This document shows positions 11,327-19,134 of a DNA stretch of 64,000 nucleotides, piece by piece; positions within the stretch are counted from its first letter, which is position 1, and each line of letters begins with the position of its first letter. Below the pieces are notes generated by a model. The model was not told the DNA's origin and ran no database searches. It was given only the letters and a program-made list of their open reading frames with translations. A program made the position numbers and the translations under genes. Origin of the DNA: Candidatus Poribacteria bacterium (GTDB lineage: Bacteria; Poribacteria; WGA-4E; WGA-3G); contig OZ243938.1 in NCBI GenBank assembly GCA_965214095.1, positions 3,744,001 to 3,808,000 of the forward strand. The letters run 5' to 3'.

Positions 11327-11354
11327 CGGTAGACGAGGTTTTCTAACCTCGCCG
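11327..11354 (+). repeat. GTAG-type REP-like hairpin (family A variant)
   Basis: CGGTAGACGAGGTTTTCTAACCTCGCCG; same GTAG + GGTT(T)(T/C)CTAACC architecture as copies at 25.3, 37.9 and 41.4 kb. Confidence 0.65.
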
Positions 11355-11418
11355 ATGCATTGTGTCTAATTATTTTTAAGACTTACCATAAATTGGAGAA
11401 AACTGACTATCAAGAATT

Positions 11419-12543
11419 ATGAATGCAATAGAACTAACCAAAAAGCTTATTGGATACAACACAGTAAGTCCAAAGAGTAACGTTGAAGTCATGGACTTCT
11501 TAACAATAACATTAGAATCAATCGGATGTGAAGTTGAGAGAGTTGAATATAATGATCCAGCAGGTGTCCTAAAAGTAAATCTGATTGGAAGGAAAGGACC
11601 TGATAATGGAAAACGTGGATTAGGACTTCTCGGTCACATAGACACCGTTCCTGCCATTGGATGGTCGGAGGATCCCTTTGAAGCACGGATCGTTGATGGA
11701 AAAATGTATGGACGTGGCAGCTGCGATATGAAAGGCAGTGTCGCATGCATGATTGAGACTGCTTCACGTTACGATGCTGCTGACCTACATGCACCGCTCT
11801 ATGTAGTTATCACTGCTGATGAAGAGGTAGGTTATTTCGGGGCAACTGCTGTCGCTGAAAAATCCGAAATGTTTAAAGAACACGGATTCCCGCAATACGG
11901 GGTCGTTGGTGAACCGACTGAACTAAAGGCTGTTTATGCACATAAAGGAGCAGTCCGATTTTCAGTAACCGCGTATGGACGCGCAGCGCATAGCAGCACA
12001 GGTGAAGGTGACAACGCAAACCTTAAACTCATTCCATTTCTTTCAGAAATGAGGGATATTTATGAAGAATTGATGTCCGATCCGCAATATTATAACGTTG
12101 AGTTCACGCCACCCTATACAGATTGGAATATCACATTAAGTGATGGAGAGTGCACTGCCAACATCACCTCACCGCGAAGTGTATGTAATATCAACTACCG
12201 TCCGATGCCGGGTGATGATATCCAATATTGGATCGATCGTGGACGAAATGCAGCAGAGAAATATGGACTGGAATTTGACCTATTCATCAATGCCGGACCT
12301 GTTCGCACACCACCCGATGCAGAGATCATCAAAGCAGCACTTGAAATTACGGGAGACACAAAACCGCATACTGTGGCATACGGCACAGATGCTGCGGAAT
12401 TTGCCAATCACATGGAAACTGTCATAATAGGTCCTGGAAGTATTCTACAGGCACATACTGTTGATGAATGGATGGCAATAGATCAGTTTGAGAAGGGAAC
12501 AGATATTTTTTGTCAGTTTGTTGATAGGTTCTGCGTTGGTTAA
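11419..12543 (+). CDS. M20 family metallo-amidohydrolase (ArgE/DapE-like)
   Basis: GHIDTVP, GRGSCDMKG, DEE, GEPT, AHSS, QAHTVDE. Confidence 0.9.
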   Translation: MNAIELTKKLIGYNTVSPKSNVEVMDFLTITLESIGCEVERVEYNDPAGVLKVNLIGRKGPDNGKRGLGLLGHIDTVPAIGWSEDPFEARIVDGKMYGRGSCDMKGSVACMIETASRYDAADLHAPLYVVITADEEVGYFGATAVAEKSEMFKEHGFPQYGVVGEPTELKAVYAHKGAVRFSVTAYGRAAHSSTGEGDNANLKLIPFLSEMRDIYEELMSDPQYYNVEFTPPYTDWNITLSDGECTANITSPRSVCNINYRPMPGDDIQYWIDRGRNAAEKYGLEFDLFINAGPVRTPPDAEIIKAALEITGDTKPHTVAYGTDAAEFANHMETVIIGPGSILQAHTVDEWMAIDQFEKGTDIFCQFVDRFCVG

Positions 12544-12613
12544 GAGGCGCAATGAATTGCGCGACTACGAACACCTATTTTGATAATGACAAGTTATCTT
12601 TTGGAAATGGTAT
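12544..12613 (-). repeat. REP family B hairpin with partial MITE end
   Basis: Reverse complement of GTAGTCGCGCAATTCATTGCGCCTC directly after the M20 stop, then GAAATGGTAT at 12604-12613. Confidence 0.7.
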
Positions 12614-12648
12614 TATCAGGTGACTGATGACTGAAAATCGACTGCCAA

Positions 12649-13092
12649 TTACGTGTGTTCAGGAAGTTCTTCAAAAAACACAGCATCCGGTTTCACCCAT
12701 TCGGCATCGCCATCCTCCCACACCTCGCGTTTCCAGATAGGTACAATCTGTTTCAGACGGTTCATCGCATACTGACATGCTTCAAACCCATCTTTACGAT
12801 GTGGAGAGGCAACGGCTACAGCCACACTCACTTCGCCTATTTCTAACTTACCGATGCGATGTATCATAGCGACTCGATGTACACCCCATTTATCCGCAAT
12901 CTCATCAGCAATTTCCGCCATCTTTTTTTCTGCCATCGGTGGATATGCCTCATATTCAAGGTATTTTGTCGGTCTATCATCTGTGTTATTCCGAACAGTG
13001 CCAAAGAACAGAATCACTGCGCCAGCATCAGGTGCTTCCACAGCTTCCCGCACCTCTGCACCAGTTATAACATCAGCAGTAATCTTGAACAT
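12649..13092 (-). CDS. moaE: Molybdopterin synthase catalytic subunit
   Basis: GAVILFFGTVRN, LEYEAY..MA, HRIG.LEIGE, SPHR, LKQIVPIWKRE. Confidence 0.95.
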   Translation of the reverse strand: MFKITADVITGAEVREAVEAPDAGAVILFFGTVRNNTDDRPTKYLEYEAYPPMAEKKMAEIADEIADKWGVHRVAMIHRIGKLEIGEVSVAVAVASPHRKDGFEACQYAMNRLKQIVPIWKREVWEDGDAEWVKPDAVFFEELPEHT

Positions 13093-13339
13093 CTCTTCCC
13101 CCCGTCACAGGTGGTATCAACGCCACTTCATCACCATCTACAAGTTCTGTCTCTTCGGTAGCATATTCCCAATTAACAGCCATCTGCATCACTTCGTAGA
13201 ACTCCGCAATTTCTGGCCATTCTTCTTCAAGTTGCTTTAATATCGTATTGACAGTGGAACCTTCAGGAAGTTGCATCTCTTCTTCGGATCTATTCAACAT
13301 CTCGTGGCATACGGCAAAGTATTTGACTGTAACCTTCAT
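13073..13339 (-). CDS. moaD: Molybdopterin synthase sulfur carrier subunit
   Basis: VKYFA, AVNWEY, DGDEVALIPPVTGG; the GG is followed by 7 extra residues (RDVQDYC) overlapping moaE. Confidence 0.9.
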   Translation of the reverse strand: MKVTVKYFAVCHEMLNRSEEEMQLPEGSTVNTILKQLEEEWPEIAEFYEVMQMAVNWEYATEETELVDGDEVALIPPVTGGRDVQDYC

Positions 13340-13386
13340 TCGAACTCCTTCTCTTTTCTATTTTCAGTAAGTATGTTATTAATAAG

Positions 13387-13415
13387 AGTATATCATAACA
13401 GATAAAGTGTGTCAA
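13387..13415 (-). promoter_or_regulatory. Sigma70-type promoter for moaDE
   Basis: Minus strand TTGACA-17 nt-TATACT. Confidence 0.7.
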
Positions 13416-13431
13416 TTTCGGATTGTATTAT

Positions 13432-13598
13432 TGGTGTGTAAAGTTTTGGGCAAAATGGACGCAGACATCCTGTAGGAGCGATCTCCGCATCGCGATTTCT
13501 TCCATTGTCCGAGCGATCTCCGAATCGCGAACTGTCGGGAATCAGAGATTGCTCTGACAGGTCTTTTGATCATATTTTGTCAATAAATTTACACGCCA
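13432..13598. mobile_element. MITE-like element with internal GTAG REP doublet (left border of defence island)
   Basis: Terminal inverted repeats TGGTGTGTAAA...TTTACACGCCA; internal GTAGGAGCGATCTCCGCATCGCGA repeated and followed by a degenerate inverted copy; non-coding. Confidence 0.6.
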
Positions 13599-13614
13599 CT
13601 CGGAAAATATCTGA

Positions 13615-13643
13615 TTGACTACATCGTGCTGCTGTTGTATAAT
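13615..13643 (+). promoter_or_regulatory. Sigma70-type promoter for the Type ISP gene
   Basis: TTGACT-17 nt-TATAAT, ending 48 nt before the ATG. Confidence 0.7.
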
Positions 13644-13690
13644 CTCATACAAGAAGCCTTGACTATTTGCAAAGAAAGTGATAAACCGAT

Positions 13691-16600
13691 ATGCCTCAAG
13701 CAACACAAATGCCTTTACCATTCGGAAACGAAGAATCAGATAACGGATTCTACGATGCACTCAACTACATCCGACAAAACGCCAACACACAATTCGGAAA
13801 AGGTAGGCTATTCGAACGGTTAATAAGGGCATATCTGCTTGAAGACCCATTTTACCAAAAGCGATTTTCAGAGGTATATCTATGGGGAGAATGGGCAGAA
13901 AATCAACCCGGATTTGACCTTGTAGACCGTGGTATAGATCTCGTTGCCATAGAACGTACGGGTGGTATCTGCGCTATCCAGTGCAAATGTTACGCAGAAG
14001 ACAAACGTATATCAAAATCTGATATTGATACCTTCATATCAGAATCCAATCGGCAACCGTTCACCGCACGGATCTTTGTTGACACTGGCAAAAGCTGGAG
14101 TGCAAACCTCATCAAAGCCATTGATGGATTAGAACCGCCATGCCAACGGATAAGCGCAGCAGACCTCGCAAGTCGACCTGTTCAGTGGCCCGACCTAAGC
14201 CTACAAGAACCAGACCACCTAAACTATCAACTGGAAAGTTTCAGCCTACGCGAACATCAACAAAATGCGTTTGACGATGTTGTCAAAGGATTCAAAGAGT
14301 CTGACCGCGGCAAAATGATTATGGCGTGCGGCACAGGGAAAACATTCACCGCACTCCGTATCGCAGAGGAAATCGCTGGTGTGGGTGGACGGGTGTTATA
14401 TCTCGTGCCATCCATCGGACTGTTTGCACAAGCGATGCGTGAATGGGCAGAACAGCAGAAAGTGCCACATCGCTACATCGGAATATGCTCCGATACAAAG
14501 GCAGGTAGAACAGACGAGGACGCATCCCTCTATGAACTGGAATTCCCTGTTACCACCGATGAAACTGTCATCTCCGAAGCATTACAATCTTCTAACAGTG
14601 CTGGAGACGAAGACACCATGCGCGTCGTATTCTCCACCTATCAGTCACTCCCAAAAGTCGCGGAAGCACAAGATGCCGGTGCTCCACCTTTTGATATTAT
14701 TTTTTGCGATGAAGGTCACAGAACCACCGGCATTGACAGACCCGATGATAAGACCTCACCTTTCGTTCTCGTCCACGATACTGAACGTATCCGTGCCAAC
14801 AAACGACTCTATATGACCGCGACACCCCGTCTGTATACGCAAAGCGCGAAAACAAAAGCAGCAAAACACGATATTGAAGTGTTCTCTATGGACGATCCAA
14901 ACACTTATGGTCCCGAATTCCACCGACTCCCATTCTCAAAAGCAGTGGCGCAAGACCTACTCTCTGATTATAAGGTTGTCGTGCTCGCAATGTCCGAACA
15001 AGGTGTGCAGGATACGTTACACAACTATCTCAGCAATGGTGGCAGTGAGGTTAACATCAGCGATGCAGCTAAGATTGTCGGCTGTTGGCGTGCACTACAG
15101 AACCCCGAAAGGAAATCACCAGACGACAGGACAATCAAACCCCTCACACGCGCCATTGCATTCACAAACACCATCAAGTCATCACAGAACCTTGTGAACC
15201 ATTGGAACGGTATTATAGAGAGTGCCGTTGAACGGACATCGGAAGACCAACGTCCTGACGATTTCACATGCGAAACCGCACACGTCGACGGAACAAAGAA
15301 CGCCCTTGATAGAAAAAGACTTATTGAATGGCTAAAAGGCGATACGGATGATGTTTGTCGTATCCTCTCCAATGCCCGATGCCTGTCCGAAGGGATTGAT
15401 GTCCCTGCGCTTGATGCTGTGCTGTTCATGTCACCGCGCAACTCACACGTTGACATCGTGCAGGCAGTTGGTCGTGTGATGCGCAAAGCACCCGGTAAGC
15501 AATACGGCTATATCGTGTTGCCAGTCGCTATTCCGCCAGATGTTGACCCTGTCGACGCACTCAACGATAACGAAAGGTTCGCGACCGTGTGGGGTGTCCT
15601 CCGCGCACTCCGTTCACACGATGATAGACTCAATGCCGAAATCAATAAAATTGACCTTAACAACGATCCAGGTGATATTATTATCATTGATGATCATTTA
15701 GGTGAAGGCAAAGGTGGAAATGGAGATGGAACTATCGACCCTAAGCAGTTACTGCTGCCCTTTGGTATTCCTGCCGATGCAATTTATGCCAAAATCGTGG
15801 AGAAATGTGGTGATAGAAAATACTGGGAAAGTTGGGCAAAGGATGTCGCAGATATCTTCAAACGACTCGTCGGACGCATTGAAAATCTGCTGGAGAATCC
15901 TGATAATAGCGCGCTGCAAATGTGGTTTGACGATTTTCACAACGAGTTAAAGGAGACAATCAACGACTCAATCACCCGTGAAAGTGCTATTGATATGATG
16001 GCACAACACATTATCACACGACCCGTCTTTGAAGCACTCTTTGATAACTACGATTTTGCGTCCGGCAACCCGGTGGCAAACGCACTCAATAAACTCCAAA
16101 ACGATTTTGGTGAATTCGGTCTGGAAAACGAAACGCGTGATCTGGAAGGTTTCTACGAAAGTGTCCGCATGCGCGCACAAGGACTTGACAATAGCGAAGC
16201 ACGTCAACGCGTTTTGTTGGAACTCTATGAGAAGTTTTTTGTTACCGCATTGAAAAAGGAGGTAGAACGGCTTGGTATCGTCTACACACCGATTGAAGTT
16301 GTGGATTTCATACTCCATAGTGCCAACGAGGTGCTGCAAGATGAATTCGGACGTTGTCTCAGTGATGAAGGCGTGCATGTGCTGGATCCGTTCACCGGCA
16401 CCGGTATATTTCTCACACGCCTGCTGCAGTCCGATATTATCCAAGATGCTGACCTTGAACGCAAATATCGAGAAGAACTCCACGCAAACGAGATCGTCCT
16501 ATTGGCATACTACATTGCTACCGTCAACATAGAGGAGACATTCCGCGGACGGCGCGGCGTTGACAAAGGATATGAACCGTTCAACGGCATTGTCCTAACC

Positions 16601-18511
16601 GATACCTTCAATCTCAACAAAAAAGATGACCCTACGCTTTTTCCCAAAGAATGGCTGCCAGATAACAACAAACGCGCCGAACGCCAACAGAAACTTCCAA
16701 TCCAAGTCATCGTCGGTAATCCTCCATATTCCGCAGGACAACGAAGTTCCACAGATGACAATCCGAATGTGGAATACCCAACTCTTGCAGAACGTGTTAG
16801 TAAAACGTATGTTGAACGTGTAAAAACAACATTAAAACGGACTCTCTATGATACATATAAGATGGCAATCCGTTGGGCATCCGACAGGATTGATAAACAA
16901 GGGGTTGTAGCCTTTGTCACCAATGGTTCTTGGATTGACGGGAACGCCGATGCAGGGATTCGAGCATGTTTGGCGGAAGAGTTTAGTTCAGCCCATATCC
17001 TGCACTTACGAGGAGATGCATATACATCTGGAGAGCGTCGACGTGCTGAAGGGGGAAATGTGTTCGGTAGTGGTTCACGTACACCTGTCGCTGTCATGAT
17101 CCTCGTCAAGAACCCTAACGCTACACATGAGGGTTGCAAAATCCAATACCGTGATATTGGCGACTATCTCACACGCGAGGCGAAACTGGAAGTACTGCGT
17201 GAGGCGGAATCTATTAAAAAGATTAGTGATTGGAAGACGGTCATACCAGATCAACATCACGATTGGATTGGACAACGAAGCCAAGAATTTACAAAATTCT
17301 ATCCACTTGGTACAAAAGAAATGAAAGCGGGAAAAATCGAAAATGCAATATTTCAATTATATTCGTTGGGATTGTCAACAAACAGAAATGCCTACGTATA
17401 TAATTTTTCACGAGATACATGTGCACAGAAAGCTTTGTTGATGACTCAGGATTATCTCGCAGCTGTTTCCGATCTTGAAAAAAATCCGGGTCTTAATGTA
17501 AAAGAGGTAACGCGTCACAATTCCATAAATATTAAGTGGGATGACACACTCAAGAATAGACTAAAACAAAAGAAAAAATCGAGATTTAATGATGATTACA
17601 TTCGAAAGGTTATCTATCGCCCCTTTGTTGCCACCAATTGTTATGGTGACTATACTTTCATTACCAGAAAGGGACAAATGGATAAGATTTTCCCAGACAG
17701 TTCCAGCGAGAATTGGGTAATCTGTGCAACGGGTATCGGATCAAAAATACCTTTTTCTGCTTTTATGACCAATATACTGCCAGATCTTGAACTAATTTCT
17801 AAAGGACAATGCTTCCCCCGCTACCGATATCCCACACCATCGGATACACCAGACGCATCAGAAACGCTTCTTGATGTTGACGACTCACCTGATCGTATTG
17901 ACAATATATCAGATATCGCACTAAAAGCATTCCAAGAACATTACAGCGATGACTCTATCACAAAGGATGACATCTTTTATTATGTCTACGGCATCCTCCA
18001 CGCTCCAAGTTACCGAGAACAGTTCGCTAACGACTTATCCAAGATGCTCCCGCGTATCCCTTATGCGCCAGATTTCCGCGCATTCGCAGAAGCAGGTAAA
18101 AAGTTGGCAGACCTCCATCTCAACTACGAGACGTGCGAACAGTATCCACTCACAGTAGAGTATCCAAATATGTCCTCACCACCAACAGACCCGAACATTT
18201 TCCGGCTAACGGAAAGAGCCATGCGTTTTGGAGATATTGAAAGAAGATCGCTTCTCATCAACGAACCTGTCCACCTAACAGGTATTCCCGAAGATGCTCA
18301 TCGCTATGTCGTCAACGGCAGATCGCCGCTGGAGTGGTTTATTGATAGGTATTATATTAAGACTGATAAGGATAGTGGTATTGTCAACGACCCAAACGGT
18401 TGGTTTGCTGACCCACGGGATATTGTTGGTGCTATTCGGCGGATTGTTTATGTGAGTGTGAAGTCTGCTCGGATTGTTGATGGACTGCCTGGGGAGATAA
18501 CAGATGGGTAA
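13691..18511 (+). CDS. Type ISP restriction-modification enzyme (LlaGI/LlaBIII-like): Mrr-type nuclease, SF2 helicase, N6-adenine MTase, TRD
   Basis: GIDLVA...AIQCKCY nuclease; MACGTGKT, DEGHRT, MTATP, QAVGRVMRK helicase motifs; YTP.EVVDFI, DPFTGTG, GNPPY MTase motifs; 1606 aa. Confidence 0.95.
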   Translation: MPQATQMPLPFGNEESDNGFYDALNYIRQNANTQFGKGRLFERLIRAYLLEDPFYQKRFSEVYLWGEWAENQPGFDLVDRGIDLVAIERTGGICAIQCKCYAEDKRISKSDIDTFISESNRQPFTARIFVDTGKSWSANLIKAIDGLEPPCQRISAADLASRPVQWPDLSLQEPDHLNYQLESFSLREHQQNAFDDVVKGFKESDRGKMIMACGTGKTFTALRIAEEIAGVGGRVLYLVPSIGLFAQAMREWAEQQKVPHRYIGICSDTKAGRTDEDASLYELEFPVTTDETVISEALQSSNSAGDEDTMRVVFSTYQSLPKVAEAQDAGAPPFDIIFCDEGHRTTGIDRPDDKTSPFVLVHDTERIRANKRLYMTATPRLYTQSAKTKAAKHDIEVFSMDDPNTYGPEFHRLPFSKAVAQDLLSDYKVVVLAMSEQGVQDTLHNYLSNGGSEVNISDAAKIVGCWRALQNPERKSPDDRTIKPLTRAIAFTNTIKSSQNLVNHWNGIIESAVERTSEDQRPDDFTCETAHVDGTKNALDRKRLIEWLKGDTDDVCRILSNARCLSEGIDVPALDAVLFMSPRNSHVDIVQAVGRVMRKAPGKQYGYIVLPVAIPPDVDPVDALNDNERFATVWGVLRALRSHDDRLNAEINKIDLNNDPGDIIIIDDHLGEGKGGNGDGTIDPKQLLLPFGIPADAIYAKIVEKCGDRKYWESWAKDVADIFKRLVGRIENLLENPDNSALQMWFDDFHNELKETINDSITRESAIDMMAQHIITRPVFEALFDNYDFASGNPVANALNKLQNDFGEFGLENETRDLEGFYESVRMRAQGLDNSEARQRVLLELYEKFFVTALKKEVERLGIVYTPIEVVDFILHSANEVLQDEFGRCLSDEGVHVLDPFTGTGIFLTRLLQSDIIQDADLERKYREELHANEIVLLAYYIATVNIEETFRGRRGVDKGYEPFNGIVLTDTFNLNKKDDPTLFPKEWLPDNNKRAERQQKLPIQVIVGNPPYSAGQRSSTDDNPNVEYPTLAERVSKTYVERVKTTLKRTLYDTYKMAIRWASDRIDKQGVVAFVTNGSWIDGNADAGIRACLAEEFSSAHILHLRGDAYTSGERRRAEGGNVFGSGSRTPVAVMILVKNPNATHEGCKIQYRDIGDYLTREAKLEVLREAESIKKISDWKTVIPDQHHDWIGQRSQEFTKFYPLGTKEMKAGKIENAIFQLYSLGLSTNRNAYVYNFSRDTCAQKALLMTQDYLAAVSDLEKNPGLNVKEVTRHNSINIKWDDTLKNRLKQKKKSRFNDDYIRKVIYRPFVATNCYGDYTFITRKGQMDKIFPDSSSENWVICATGIGSKIPFSAFMTNILPDLELISKGQCFPRYRYPTPSDTPDASETLLDVDDSPDRIDNISDIALKAFQEHYSDDSITKDDIFYYVYGILHAPSYREQFANDLSKMLPRIPYAPDFRAFAEAGKKLADLHLNYETCEQYPLTVEYPNMSSPPTDPNIFRLTERAMRFGDIERRSLLINEPVHLTGIPEDAHRYVVNGRSPLEWFIDRYYIKTDKDSGIVNDPNGWFADPRDIVGAIRRIVYVSVKSARIVDGLPGEITDG

Positions 18512-18551
18512 AGTGTCTGTTTATTGAGTTAAGTATATTCGTCACTTTTCC

Positions 18552-18581
18552 TTGACAAGACGTGAGAGAATGTGTTAATAT
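18552..18581 (+). promoter_or_regulatory. Putative sigma70 promoter downstream of the ISP gene
   Basis: TTGACA-18 nt-TAATAT with TG upstream of the -10. Confidence 0.5.
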
Positions 18582-18878
18582 ACTATTATGAATCATTACG
18601 ACTCTGCAAACGTCAAATGATTCAACGATCCATGGCAGACACTCATATTTACTAAACGTGAATTTATGAGTGTCGGAACGCCTTTCGTGTTTCTCCTGAT
18701 AGCATGTATGTTCGGAACGCTTATCCAAGAGACTCTGTTTAATGACACAGGTCTCTTTAATGCCACTTCTAAGGCTCTCAGTAGCCTTCATACAAACATG
18801 TTGACTAACATGATGTCAACTGAACTAACAAAATGGGTGGTTCAAAAATCCCATTTTTATATATTAGGAGGTATTTTT

Positions 18879-18977
18879 ATGTTAGGAAATTTCAGAAAAA
18901 ATTTGGCAAGGTATATAAACCTAATATCCGCAAACAACCCTAAAGGGGACACGGAAGAAGTTCGTGAGTGGGTTTAA
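18879..18977 (+). CDS. Possible 32-aa small peptide (MLGNFRKNLARY...)
   Basis: Strong SD AGGAGG before ATG; followed by an AGGGGGAC/GTCCCCCT hairpin at 18994-19018; in frame with the 18666 ORF. Confidence 0.35.
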   Translation: MLGNFRKNLARYINLISANNPKGDTEEVREWV

Positions 18978-19134
18978 ATACTCACATAGAAGTAGGGGGA
19001 CATATAAGAAGTCCCCCTTGGATGTGCATGCAATAACCCTTCTTGAGTTACCTCCTACCTTTTCAAATTTCCCATAAGTTCAGTTATCGTCTACTGATAG
19101 TCAATCTAGCTTTTGGAATACCTTATACGTTATT

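Noticed and set aside
18588-18977. Selenoprotein via in-frame TGA at 18618
   Set aside because: No recognisable selenoprotein context or clear SECIS hairpin after the TGA.
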